Assembly: GCA_964187785.1 (NCBI GenBank)
Contig: OZ076420.1
Span: 40,424,001 to 40,488,000, forward strand
Direction of reading: 5' to 3'
Length of the DNA stretch: 64,000 nt
Source: Amphiscolops sp. MND2022
Lineage: Eukaryota
Part shown: positions 1 through 12,333 of the stretch, one piece after another
Position numbering within the stretch: the stretch's first letter is position 1
How the letters are laid out: each line of letters opens with the position of its first letter
Position numbers and translations under genes: made by a program
Notes under the pieces: generated by a model
Told to the model about the DNA's origin: nothing
Databases searched by the model: none
Seen by the model: the letters and a program-made list of their open reading frames with translations, nothing else

Positions 1-619
1 TTAATCATACCTACCGACTTGTACATTTATGACTTGTTTTTAGACATCGCGGTGCCGAGCCTTGGGAATTGTTCTCAGTCTTGGCTAGACAAACATACAT
101 TTTCTCGATTGACACAGCTATATTTGCCAGGCGTGACAAAAAAATTTATTAAATTTGCAAAACGTGAACGAGTCGTGCCATTTTTTCATGCATGCTTGGC
201 CTAGACGGTGGGGATGAATTTTGACAGGCGTCATGGCATTTTAAAAAACTATTCAAAGTCACATGCTGCAAAAAGTAGGCCACGCCTTGCAAGCATTTCA
301 TCTCAGCCTCTTGTATAAATTAAACCGAGGATATTTTTTATTTGTAATTTATCCAAACATAGGAAATTTTCTTTTCCCTAAACATGCCACCACAGCACGA
401 TTTGGCATTTTTTGCTATTATGAGTGTTGGCATTAGATCCCCAGAGCTTCATTGTGTTCACACAGGAACTGCATGCATGCATTTTGTATTTTTTCTTGAT
501 CAAAATGGCAAATTAAATTTGGTGAAACAAACTAGAAGTTTTTCGCTCATGTAACAGTGCCTGTGATTATTTTTGGATTAACTTCCATAGTAAATTATCC
601 AGTTGTCTTTTTGTTTCAG

Positions 620-661
620 GCGATGGACACGAATACCATCAAATCCACGTGCAAAAACCAG
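620..661 (+). CDS. RECK: Candidate upstream RECK exon (AMDTNTIKSTCKNQ)
   Basis: Pyrimidine tract + CAG, 42 nt phase 0-0, GT donor; supplies a Cys at CC-domain spacing. Homology weak. Confidence 0.4.
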
Positions 662-1308
662 GTATTGTTACAAAATTGAACACTCATCATAATTAAGCGA
701 ATTAAAGCCGCGGCTTTCATTTTTTGACCGATCTAAAAAAGCGGCTTTTATAAGAGGGCGCCTTCCTTTTTCAAAAATCTTAACTTAAAAAGCAAATAAT
801 AAAATCTGAATCTGAAGTAGCTTTAAATTGTTTTGAATGCCGAAATGACATGATAAATGGCACAAATGGCGGCTTTTATTCGAACAAATTTCCCATGGAT
901 ACTGAAACGAAATACTTCGAGGATTTTTGAAAAACAAAGCCATTGTATTGGATTTTTTTCATCAAGTTCCATCAATTTTTGCGGATTTCATTCTAAATGG
1001 GCGTTATCATGTTTCTATTTATTCATTCCAAATGTTTATTTTAGGCTGGTCTTTCCTATTGTCTTTCGACTCTGAAGAATGCTTACAAATCGTGCACCAA
1101 AACGAAATACCCTTCCGATCAACCCAAGTGCAAAAAAGCTTGTCAGGACTTCCTCGAGTTAGTTTCACCTCCTAATGAAAAAAATGTAATTCGGAGCATC
1201 TTCCTATTCCTTTCTTCAGGATCTTTAGGCACTATCATGTGTAACTATTGTGAACGACACCTTTGATTTTACTGGTTCAGTTTATCTGAATTGTTCAGAG
1301 CTAAAATG

Positions 1309-1814
1309 TGTTGTAAACCGGTGTTTTGGTTACTTAGTACTCGCTTTCTAACAAAGCAATAAGTCTCAAAAAGTGTTACGAAAAGGAAGATAAATTAAAA
1401 CTGGAGGTTTACAGTAAGTAGAATTTTGTTAAGTCCTGCAAATCGCTGACTTGTAAAATTTATAATGTTCTGTCAATTTTGGGACTCTTTGTCCTTTCAA
1501 TTTTGGGGGATTTTCAGAGAGCAAGAGAGAAGGAAAATTGAGAGAAGAGAAAAGAGTTGTTGCTTTCTCAGTGTTCCGCGTTGGAATTGGTACCTGTCTT
1601 TCTCTTTCCAGCTCAGGACAGTTCTACTGTCGCGTGGCTTTTTCCTATTGGCTGAGCATTAAAGGAATTTGGGAATTCCAATTTCCTTTTAGCGCGTTGC
1701 TATTCGCTTAGAAAATAAAATGCTCTAATAATTCCGCTTTGGAAATTATTATGTCTCTGAGTCAATTTCCTCTGTTGGGAAAATGAACTAAATTAGAAAT
1801 AGCGCATTGCTACA
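1309..1814 (-). repeat. 3' LTR of Gypsy element 1 (506 bp)
   Basis: Direct repeat of 13105-13611. Preceded on the - strand by the purine tract GGGGTGAGT (1815-1823). Confidence 0.97.
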
Positions 1815-2027
1815 ACTCACCCCAGTTGACAGAGAAGACTGCATTAGTCGTAATACCAAAATCAATTAATAAATATAATGGGTATAAAATGGGTATAATG
1901 GATAATGGGTAAAACTTATGTAAAGTTTACGTTAAGATAAAGAAATTTTAAAGGTTAAATAAGTTTAAGCAAATTATCAAGTTAAAAGAGTTTCAGTTTT
2001 GGTTGGAGAGCAGTTTATAGGGGGCTT

Positions 2028-3587
2028 TCAATTATTCCTTCCAGTTGGCACTTGCTGTGAATTTATGGGCCAGGGTAATCGAGTACATTTATTCTTCCAC
2101 TCGGGGTCTTTGTCAAAATTGTATGCAATGGGATAGTAGACTGTTGAAAGTCGGGTTTTGACATTTCCTCGTTTTACGTTAAAAATGGAGTACTTTTCGT
2201 ATTGTTGCCAATCCCAGTGATCAGCGTGGGTTAGCAGGGCGTGTAAGCATTTTTCCAGCTTTTCATACTGTTTTGCATCTACTGCCTGGATCAATTGAAT
2301 AGCCTCGGCTCGTTGAATGTCGATTTCGACTCTCATTGTCTGCAGTTGTTTGACCAGCTTGTCAATTTCGGTTTGGTCCTTTAATTTAGTGTCCTTTTTA
2401 TCAAGAATTTCCTTGAATCGTTTATTTGCCACATCGAAGGCATCAAGTTTCTCCTTTAGGAGGATGTTTGTCTTGTTTGATTCTAAAAGTTCACTTTGAA
2501 GTGACTCCGCTTTGGAGGTCGCTTCTTCAATTTGGCTTTTCAGTTCCTTATTCTCATCGAAAAGGTCTGATGTTACTCTTTCGGAGATTTCTAACTTGAA
2601 TTCAGCTCGATTGGCACTCTCTTTAGCCATTGCTCGTGACCGATTGGCAGAGCAGAGAGCATTCTTCAAATTGGCTAGTTCAATGTTCAGGCTGCGATTT
2701 TGTTGTTCAAATTCGGCAATTGCGAATTCGGTTTTCCAAAGAGCAGCGGTAAGATTGGTATCAGGTGTATCGGTCCACTCTTCATTCCCAGTTTGTGTAG
2801 TCGCATTGCCTGTGGATCTAGTATTGGATGGAATATGGGGATTATCGGCGGACACTTCCCTGGAGGAGGATGTACTATCTGACGAACTGATTGTACTTGT
2901 ATTATCGTTGAAAAGAGGGTTTGGATCGTCAGGGAACGCGGTGATAACACCAAAGGGGGCCTTTATCATGGAGTCAAGTTGATGATTATAAACTACATAC
3001 TTCCTTTCTTCAGGAAGACGGTCTTTTAACCTCCATTGGTTCATGTCCTTCGGAAGAGTAACTTTTATGGCTGGGCAATTGTCGTGGGGAATAACAATAG
3101 AACAATTCAACTTTTTGTTGACAATTTCAATTCCTGTTTTAGGAGTGGCAAGGAACCATTCATTATGGTCCTTCCGTATACCATACTTTAGGAATTTGAT
3201 GAATTTGGGGTCGTCAGTGTCCACATTATTTTCGCGGGATTTTTGGATTTCAAGCCTTTCTTTAAGGCTTGGAAACCAATTTTTTTCTTTGGGTAACCCA
3301 TCGTCGAGTCTCATTGACACGCACGAGGGGCCTTTAATTTCCCCATCACCGAGTCTCTTTGACAGGCGGTTAGGGTCGAAATTCACATTATTTTCGAATT
3401 TAGTAGCTTTTCTTGGCCAATTTGGCTCAGGGTCGGTAGAGGCTAATCGCTTGTTAGCCTGGTTGTGATGTTTCTGAAAACAGGGTTTAACCCGTTTTGT
3501 TTTCCGGGACCTAAAGGTTACATTAGAAGGACGCAGGTCGTCAGGGATGAAACCTTCAGGCTCGAATAGGTCGATAGCATCAGACAT
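2028..3587 (-). CDS. Accessory ORF downstream of env, 519 aa, long coiled coil, function unknown
   Basis: Uninterrupted ATG-initiated ORF inside the LTRs, same strand as gag/pol/env. S/T-rich linker, then a heptad-like E/K/L-rich segment and an aromatic C-terminal domain. Confidence 0.8.
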   Translation of the reverse strand: MSDAIDLFEPEGFIPDDLRPSNVTFRSRKTKRVKPCFQKHHNQANKRLASTDPEPNWPRKATKFENNVNFDPNRLSKRLGDGEIKGPSCVSMRLDDGLPKEKNWFPSLKERLEIQKSRENNVDTDDPKFIKFLKYGIRKDHNEWFLATPKTGIEIVNKKLNCSIVIPHDNCPAIKVTLPKDMNQWRLKDRLPEERKYVVYNHQLDSMIKAPFGVITAFPDDPNPLFNDNTSTISSSDSTSSSREVSADNPHIPSNTRSTGNATTQTGNEEWTDTPDTNLTAALWKTEFAIAEFEQQNRSLNIELANLKNALCSANRSRAMAKESANRAEFKLEISERVTSDLFDENKELKSQIEEATSKAESLQSELLESNKTNILLKEKLDAFDVANKRFKEILDKKDTKLKDQTEIDKLVKQLQTMRVEIDIQRAEAIQLIQAVDAKQYEKLEKCLHALLTHADHWDWQQYEKYSIFNVKRGNVKTRLSTVYYPIAYNFDKDPEWKNKCTRLPWPINSQQVPTGRNN

Positions 3588-4030
3588 CGTGGGTAGGAGT
3601 AATTAAGTGTCGTTAAATTCTAAGCTGATAATTAAAGAACAACAAAGGATAACTTGGAATAACTGGTAGTTGGTAGTTGGCGACTATACTAAATTTTAGA
3701 AAGCGAGTTATATAGGGTTTGTAAGTCAATTTGTGCTTGTGTCATTATGTTTGTGACCAGAAGAAAAACATCAACAATCACAGTGGTATCTATTCCAGGA
3801 AGCCTTATCACTTTTAAGTAAGAGAAATTTCACTAAAGAGCAAACGTTTTTTTTGTAAACGTTATGGTGGGGGTAATGGAGCATTTCCATTACTGTTGTT
3901 ATTTGAGGTACTAGGAGCGTTTTCATTGACAGTAGTCGGAGCATTTCCAGAACTGTTATTGCCATTGTTATTTTGTAAAAAGGTATTTAATGTACTAGGA
4001 GCATTTCCTGTTTGATTTAATACATTTGAG

Positions 4031-6214
4031 TCAGCTTTGTCTTTCATTAAGAGTAGAACCAATCGCAATCGGATTGTTCAAGAGATGTACTTGAGGATAC
4101 AAAAGAGTCGGATTTTCTTCGTACATTGGTGCAGCTATAGGTCTATTGCCTGCAGGGTTCTGCGAGAAACCATTTGAAATCCTTTTATTTTCCTCATTTT
4201 CGTACATTGGAGTCTGAAGTGAGAGAACAAATAAATTAAAAGTTGCGCCTAACATAGTTCTGACAAAACCAAAAGTGGCACCAGAAACTTTTCGAATTTC
4301 AAGTCCTCGGAGGACAATGACAACAACATCAATAACGAACTTTACCAAAAGGAAACAAGCAAAAAAGTTTCCTAAACATTGGATAATATATCCCAATTCG
4401 CCAAAAGTTTCCTTGAATTTATCGACGAAAAAAGAAGGCGTCAACAAGTGATCCAACAGAAGTCTATCATTTAGACTCAAAAGACGTTCCAAGTTTCCCG
4501 GTTCGGAAATTCGAACTGAGTTACCTCGAGTCAAAATAGTCCGAGTAAGCTTCTTCAATAATGTATCAGAAGCAGAGTTGTGGATTACATTATCCCAAAA
4601 ATTTTTCATTTGATTTGGGGTGTACATTCCAGCACGCCTGGTGTCGAAAGTTGGAAACTGAGTAATATGTCCAAGTTCAGTTGGCTTGAACAACAAAGGT
4701 TTATTGAAAGGCATGGGCTCAGGTAAAAGTTGGTACCAGGAATTGTCATTTTCGAGATCAAGTTGAAACACATTTGTGTAATCTCCCAAACAGGGTATCT
4801 CGGATGCAAAATCATAAGTCTGACGGGTGATAGGATCTACAAATTTCGTAGACCGTTCAAACATGATCGGGATTCGATCATAACATTTATCAAGCACTTT
4901 CAAGGGCGACAAAAACTTCGGACAATGGTATAACCATGCGACACTTCCATCGGTGTCAAGGAACATAGACCTGTTTCCAGTTAACATGTAACCGGCAAGT
5001 CTTGTGTTTTGCATTGCTAACATTAAAATAGTTAACATTTGAGTTCGTTCGAGTTCGCATTGACTCTGCAGAAGTGTCATTTCAGAATGCCTCAATTGCT
5101 TCGCATTGAAGTACATTATATAGTCTAACTTTGTTCCCAAGTGCAATTCATAATCAATTTCATCCGCGCCGACGGTATGCCAAGGCTGTGCACCAATCCA
5201 TTGGCCATTTGATTTGCTGAAAGATAATGACGAATAAGAGACCTGGCTAGAGTTGTCAATGGAAAATTGGTAGGCGTTAAAAGCATGTTCTTTAGTTCGT
5301 AGTTCTCCACCTGGCATTGCGAAACCTCCTTGGTAAGTCACAAATAGACTCTCAAAATTTGTTTTGAACAATCGTTCAGGTTTCCCACATAGCTCATAGC
5401 TTTCAGGGAAGACTTTGATTTTGAGGTTCATTCCTTTGCCAGTCTCATTATATTCGCTGATCAGGAAAAATGGGTTTTCGTTTCTGTTCGTTGACAATGT
5501 ATACTTAAGCATTTTTGCTTCCTGAGTGAGGATTTTTGTCATCACGCAGTTTTCGGGAGTATCCCACGTGTAAGCGAATGGGTCTAAAGTAGTGGTCTCG
5601 CAACCACCCTCCATTAAAAGACATGGCAATTTTTGTTTATTTGGATTGGAAACCTCTTTGGTTCCGTAATCGAATGTCAAATTCACACGTTGCATGAACG
5701 TCTCGAAGGTATAGTGCTGTACTTAACCACTTGAGCAATGAATGGTTGTGCGGACTGATTGTCAATCATTGAAATTCGATTGTTTCTTTGTATCGAATTC
5801 AATTGGGGCATCGAAGTTTTCGCTAAAAGACGAAATTTTAATTTTGTTCGTCTTTGATGCCTGTCGGCACATTTCAGGGGTAACGATGAGGTCATACGTT
5901 ATACTATTTTGAGTATGAACGTAGGACGAATGCGAAAACATTCCACAATTGTAGCGGAAAACATGGGCCTTGACAGAACACATTGTTGCTGCCAGATCAG
6001 TCCGATAGTTCTTCTGATAAAGTGTGATAGTAGCCGGGGTGACATACAAGTTTTCTGGTGTGATCTTGCAGTCTGCTACCTTGTTCAGGGAGTACATTCG
6101 ATTGTCTTGCATTTTTGTGCAATCATAATGAGATACAAACAAGTTCTTTGACACATTGTCAAAGTCATCACTTGCACAAGAAAAAGGAAAAAGGAAAAGA
6201 ATAAAGTAAAACAT
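4031..6214 (-). pseudogene. env: Envelope glycoprotein, chuvirus-G / herpes-gB-like (class III), about 727 codons with two in-frame stops
   Basis: ORFs 5762-6214 and 4031-5695 are in one frame, separated by TGA (5762-5764) and TAA (~5723). Signal peptide MFYFILFLFPFSCAS, motif HYDC...SLNKVADC, QCELERTQMLTILMLA...GSVAWLYHC...CYDRIPI, C-terminal TM helix. Confidence 0.85.
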
Positions 6215-6325
6215 CTTGTATAAATAGAGATAGAAACAGTAGAAAGATATACAAATGCGCTTTGCATAGGATTTGTTTGGAATGACTTGGCGAGAGGGAG
6301 TAGAAAAAGAGAAATGATAATAATA

Positions 6326-9300
6326 TTAGAAATAAGGCTTTCCGTACCACTCTCTAGGAATGTTTCGTAACGTTCCTGTATTTCGTGAGCGTGGAGCAGC
6401 GGTAGTACTAGTTGAAGGAATATTGCGGGGTAAAGGACTAGGTGTGGTTGGCTGACTAGTTATTGCTGGCGATTCTCCTTGAAATGAAATAGGAGTCTGA
6501 GGAGATGACTGAGGGATGCCAGAGTCGGGTGAGCTCGCTAAGAAAGTCGGTGTCGAATGAACGGAGCCGCATTTAGCAGGCGAACTATAAGTCGTGTTCA
6601 TCCTGGATGGACCAGGTGTGTCGGGAAATATAGGTAAGTATTCTTGTACGTGCTGTCGTTCAGCAAGCGTTTCAATTGGTTTGTTCAATTCGGAGAGTCG
6701 ATTCTTTGCATACTCGTTGTAAAAATGTTCGGTTCTGTCGTCGTTGACAGGCTTTTCGTAATTGGACAATAATGTCGGTAAGTCATTATTACGAGGGAAA
6801 AATTCAACGAGATGATTACGATGAACGACATGAATCCTCGTTGGATCCGAATCGAGCGCGACTTCGTAGTTCACTTTCGTGATCACTTTAGTCACAGTGT
6901 ACGGTCCACTTCGGAGCTCGCACAGTTTTTGTGATTTCCCGAATGGGACTTGATGATTTTCGAGTAGTACTTTTTGTCCAACACGTAATGGTTTAGCAAG
7001 TTTGTACTTGTTTCGGTACGGCAGAGATCGATGATTCGCTTTACGAACCTTTGTATATACTTTTCTGTATATGTTTTTGAATTGTGTTTCTCTGTGTAAC
7101 AAATCCAATGAACACTTTGACGTCAGTAAGGAGTCGATGCAACAATGTTTCGTGTCTTTATTCAGGTGTGAATGGTCAGGTAAAGACTGACAGAATTCGG
7201 ATTGACACAAATCATTGTCGTCTCTCACTAGACCTAATTTCAACGAAATTGGAATTTGTGGTTCAAATCCGAAAACAACTTCGTAGGGGGTTGTTCCTGT
7301 AGTGGCGTTCACTGAAGTGTTATGAGCGAAGGCGAATTGAGGAGCCAGCTTGGCCCAATTATTTCCTGCTTCGGAAATATAGCATCGAAAATATCGACTG
7401 AGGTGTTTTTTTTTGAATTTCAACCTTGCCGTTAGTCCAAGGAGACCATTTAGTTCTTGGGGCATGCGTTATGCCTAAATCCAAGAGAAAGGTTGAGAAA
7501 TCGGTGCTCATGAACGATGTTCCTCTATCATATACAAGTTTTTGAGGAATACCAAACGAAGTAATGAAAGAAGTCATGGCTTCAATGGTATTACTTGCAT
7601 CAGTCGACTTGACTGGGTAAACTTGTATAAATCGTGAGAATGCGTCAATCACAACCAAACAGTGATGTTTCCCGTCGCTCATTGGATTCAGAGGTCCTTT
7701 GTGGTCGATGTGAACAGTGTGAAAGGGATAAGGAATTTCTTCTCCCCATTTTTCATTTGGAGCGGTGTTTTGATCCTTTCTGACTTGTTTATTTTTTCGG
7801 CATATCAGGCAGCTCTTCGTTAGAGTCCGCACCCATTTATACATACCAGGCCAATAGAAAAATCTTTTCAGAGACAAAAGTGTCTTTTCACATCCGGGAT
7901 GTCCTGAAAGTCGATGGTCGTGTGCAACATTGAAAGCTTCAATGAAACAGTTGCGAGGCAAACATATTTGTCGTGATGAATGCTTGCTAGTTTTACAAAC
8001 AAGATGGGTTTCTTCATCGATGAACAATTTTTCAAATTGATTTGAGTAGCGAAGTAATCCCTTGCATTGTCTTGACTCGACATCTTTTGACGGCACTTTG
8101 CCTTTAATTATCCATGATTTAACAGTGCTCAGGACTGGGTCATCCTGTTGGTTTGCCAAAATATTGTTTGAATCAAGGTTATCGGTAACAAGTTTCAATG
8201 GTTGTTGTGAGTCTTGAATGGTAAAAATGGAGAGGATGAAAGGAACATCTTCTTTAGATGCATTTACAACCTCTGTGTTCAATAGAGGATCTTCGTCAGA
8301 AGCTTCATTGTCACTATTATCGGTTTCAGAGTCAATCTCTGAATAATGATTTTCATGGACGTCGGCTTCCACAACTATTGGTGGGGTTTGCCATTTACGT
8401 CGGACGTTGATGTCCTTACCTTCACGGAAGGAGTCAGAAACATCAAAGAGCGCTTTCGGAGAGTTTGGATCGTATACCGTACAGATAAGATCTGTACCAT
8501 CATTTTTCAGGTGAAGTTTCTTTGTTTCACCCAAGTGAGTGCAAACAATTGGGTAGAAATCATCGTTGGCGCTTTCAGCAGGGCTGTTGTGGTCTATCAG
8601 ATACTGAACTTCGTGTCCACTTTGGCTGAAGAACTTTATATCTTTTGGAATTTCTTTGTGAAGCAATTGGTGCCCGTTGAGATCTTTCAACGACACATTT
8701 CTGTTTAGCAAATCTGGAAACGCTAAATTCTTTCCAGGGGTCCAAATGATTTGCAAATTAGTGAACTGAGTGATAATCACTTGGTAGCGGAAGAATCTAT
8801 GAGATAATCTTCCTTTGCGTGCCCATAGATACAGGAGGGGCTTGTGATCACAGAATACCTTGATGGGATGCCGAGATCCAATTATGAAATGCTCATACGT
8901 TTGTAGAGCAGAAATGATTCCGAACAGTTCTCGATGTAGCGTTGACATCTTTTGTTCATCCTTTGTAAAGACTCGCGAATTGAAGGAAACTATACGTTTC
9001 CCGGAAGGAAAATCTTGAATTAAGATTTATCCCGTACCAATACTGGAGGAGTCGACATGGATGTGGAACGGGTACTTTGGGTTTGGTACAGCTAAGATGG
9101 TTTCTTCGCTGATTCTATTTTTTATGTCTTGGAACAAGTTCTCATGCTCTTTTGTCCATTTCAATGGAGTGTCATCTCTCAGAAGTTCGTAGAAAGGTTT
9201 CGAATCTACTTGTAAATTTTTGATGAAGGTGCTGTAGAAACCTAAACTTCCTAAGATGCGCATTACATCTCTTTTGTTCTCAGGGCTTTTCAGGTTTTTC

Positions 9301-11248
9301 AAATCTTGTACCTTTTTGGCTACTGGCTGGATTCCTTTGTCGGAAACAATGTGTCCAAGAAACTGAACTTTCCTCAAGAACAGTTTTGTTTTGTTCGGTG
9401 CAGCTTTCAGACCTGATGATCTCAAGCACTTGAAGTATGAATCCAAATTATTCCACATTTCTTGTTTGGTTTTTGCCTGTAAGATAACATCATCAATGTA
9501 TGTTATCACTTGTTTCTTGGCTATCATTTCAGCGAAATGAATAGTCATTATCCGACTGAAGAAGTTTGGTAGTCCGCAAAGACCATAGAATCCTCGTTCG
9601 AACATGTACTGTTTTCCACCAACAATAAAGCTTGTCAACTTCTTCGTATCTTCGGTGAGGGGTACTTGGTTATAGGCGGAAGCTAAATCACTCGTTGTGT
9701 AATAAACTCCATCAAGTCGTGTCAGTAACATTTGTACTGGTTCAAGGGGCCATGAGTAGTTAGTCAAATCAGTGATTGAGTTAAGATAGCGTGCGTCAAT
9801 CACAAGCTTCACGGTATCTCCTTTTGGTAAAATGATGATAGGGTTTGTGAATAGGGAACCCATTTCCACATCATTTCCCATTTCCCGAATGATTCCAGCT
9901 CGTTGCAGTTCATTCAGAAGAATTTCAAGTCGGTCTCTGTAGTGCAGAGGGACTTTTGAGGGCCTTTGTTTTCGCAATTCGGCGTTTTTCTTCAATTGTA
10001 CATGAAATGCTTGTGTGATTTTTCCAACATCATAAGTAAATTTTGAAAACACGTCATTGTTTTCAACTAAAACTCGGAGAAGATGTTGTAATTCACGGTC
10101 ATTTATATCGGATTCAGAAAAGTCAAACTTTTCTAAAAAGTTGCGTTCGGCGGGACTAAACTCGGCGTAAAATTCATCGTCGAGTTGTTTCCTTTTAATA
10201 TCGGAAGCAGTTTTGGGCATTTCCGGTTGTAATGATTTCACCTCATTGGAGAAATCAGTAGCCAGTTCATTTTGCGAAATAGCGCTTTCGGCCATTTGTT
10301 TCCGTGAATCAATTTCCGTTAAGAAATAAATATACGGTTCGGTCGAACAAACGTGTAAATCTTTGTCCCATTGAGACTCAGAAGTTTTGAGATACTCAAT
10401 GAAAGCGACATTGTCAACGACACTCATCAATTGCGAGGTCTCTTGGACGCTGTCGAGCAATGTGTATCCAAGAATTCCTTTACGAATAGTAATACTATTC
10501 GGGTTCGGATTGTTCAGCATTAAAGGATATTTCGACTCGTCTTGTGAGCAATACACGTGATACGTGTAAATGCCAGTATCTAAAATGTCTTGGTGTAAAC
10601 GGAAACTTGTTCCCTGTTTGAACAAATGTTTATCTTCATCTCTAGCAATTAAACTCAAAACTCGGGTCGAATACGGTGCAATTGTAATGTCTTGAGTCAA
10701 TTCTACTGAATTAACCTGGGAGAAGTAGGGAAAAGGCTTGTCAAATAAGGTGAAAGTTTAACACATTTGCCGGGGAAGACCGTTAAAATTAGCATTGGAT
10801 TTCTCAAGTTAATGAATTCACCAAAATTTGCCAAAAAATCCATTCCAAGAATGTTCATTCTCGCCTCGGGGGAATCAGACACATAAACAGTGTGTTCGAT
10901 CACACACGAATATTCTACGTCAAACGCAGACTGAATAGTAGTTTTCCCTTTCATGGGCATTGCGTGTCCATTAGCAGCTAAAGGCGATTTCTCGAGAGGC
11001 GTTACAACTAAAGGCTGAATTTTGTTAATCTCAGTGAATGTCTCACGGTTGATAATGGAGCACGTTGCGCCAGTATCTATGAGAAATTGGGTGCTAAGGC
11101 CATTATTTTTATTTTTGTCTCCGACGGCGTATTGAAATAATTCTATATAAAAATGTTGGCCGGACGTTCCAGCAGTTGGAATGTGAGGGGTTTCATTTGA
11201 TTCCTCACTTTGTTGGTTCGGAGACTTGATTAGTTTAAAGGATTGCAT
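6326..11248 (-). pseudogene. pol: Pol polyprotein (protease, RT, RNase H, integrase), interrupted
   Basis: Protease LIDTGATCS, RT YIDD, RH DSSS...RELFGI...CDHKPL, IN HHCC, DDE core and GPY motif. Lesions: frameshift ~10745, in-frame TAA 9027-9029, frameshift in an A-run ~7410. Confidence 0.95.
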
Positions 11249-12333
11249 GACTGCAGAGTGTCATACAAAGAATTCACCTTGTCAGGCTTTGCTTCGAACC
11301 GAACAGCTCCAGAGTAGCTGTTACTTCTGCTTCGGTAGCCATTTGAAACATAAGGACTATTACTTCTGCCTCTTTGGCCGTTGGACCGATTGTCCGATTG
11401 TGATGTGTTATTATTCGGAGACTTGGGTCGACTTGGATAGTTTTGGGCATATGTTTCTTTTGGTTGGGGAGGAGGTTTTTCCTCGTTTTCTTTCTTCTTT
11501 TTCAATGTCCAACAGTACTTGATTGTGTGTCCGGATTTTTTGCAATAGTTGCAAAATCTAGTAAAGTCTTGTTTCATTTTTGGGTTGTTCGGATCATAGG
11601 TAGCATTGATTTGATGATTTTTTACCATGTTGGTGATTTCATTCAATGATTTCTCTATGTTAGTGAAACGGGCGTCCATTGTCCCTGTTGAAGTTTGGGA
11701 ACTTGGAGGTTGCAAGCCGGACATTTCGGCACTCACAACTAAACTCATATCTTTATTTATGATAAGAGCCTGTAAAGCGTCCCATGATTTGTTGGGATCT
11801 TCAATCATTGCTTGATGGGCTTTCTGTTTAAGACCCGGGGGCATTAAGCCTCTTATGAAGTAGTCTTTGTACTTCCCAATTCTCTGATTTTCGCATGCTG
11901 TGATAGCCTCTTGATTCGCATTTGACGGTGTTGGCCAGCCTTTGTCTACCAACGTTTTTATTCTGTGGATGTAACTTTTTATGTTTTCATCAGGCTGTCT
12001 TTTCAGATTCTCGGCCTCAATTCGGAACCGATATTGCATTTTTCCATCCGTAAACCTGTTTATGAATTGTGTTTTCATTTCTTCCCATGCTAACGCAGCG
12101 TCTAATGAATCAAACCACTCAGCCGCAGGTCCGCGTAGAACGGATCCGAAAAGTGCTTTTCTGCGGTCGTCATACACGGTTTGTTGGCCATTTTCATTTG
12201 CCGTAGGCCTACTTCCTAAAGAAAAGCTGATTTTCTTTTCTAATAGACGTATAAAAGCAGTTGGGTCCTCACTTGAATCGATTCCAATGAACTTCTCTAA
12301 TGCTAAGTCAGGGTACGCTACAGTGTTTGCCAT
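11230..12333 (-). CDS. gag: Gag, 367 aa
   Basis: Retrotransposon gag motif LFGSVLRGPAAEWFDSL...FINRF and CCHC knuckle CNYCKKSGHTIKYC; intact. Confidence 0.93.
   Translation of the reverse strand: MANTVAYPDLALEKFIGIDSSEDPTAFIRLLEKKISFSLGSRPTANENGQQTVYDDRRKALFGSVLRGPAAEWFDSLDAALAWEEMKTQFINRFTDGKMQYRFRIEAENLKRQPDENIKSYIHRIKTLVDKGWPTPSNANQEAITACENQRIGKYKDYFIRGLMPPGLKQKAHQAMIEDPNKSWDALQALIINKDMSLVVSAEMSGLQPPSSQTSTGTMDARFTNIEKSLNEITNMVKNHQINATYDPNNPKMKQDFTRFCNYCKKSGHTIKYCWTLKKKKENEEKPPPQPKETYAQNYPSRPKSPNNNTSQSDNRSNGQRGRSNSPYVSNGYRSRSNSYSGAVRFEAKPDKVNSLYDTLQSCNPLN
11233..11239 (-). promoter_or_regulatory. -1 ribosomal frameshift slippery site U UUA AAC (gag-pol)
   Basis: CCT TTA AAC TAA ends gag; heptamer is in X XXY YYZ phase and the -1 frame is the open protease ORF. 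Confidence 0.8.

Noticed and set aside
705-718. 14-bp palindrome AAAGCCGCGGCTTT
   Set aside because: Isolated and short; no supporting context.
1465-1662. Identical 65-aa ORFs at 1465-1662 and 13262-13459
   Set aside because: Same LTR sequence read antisense; no coding evidence.
2317-3468. + strand ORFs over the accessory ORF (and similar shadows over gag, pol, env and BEL)
   Set aside because: Antisense shadows of real coding frames.
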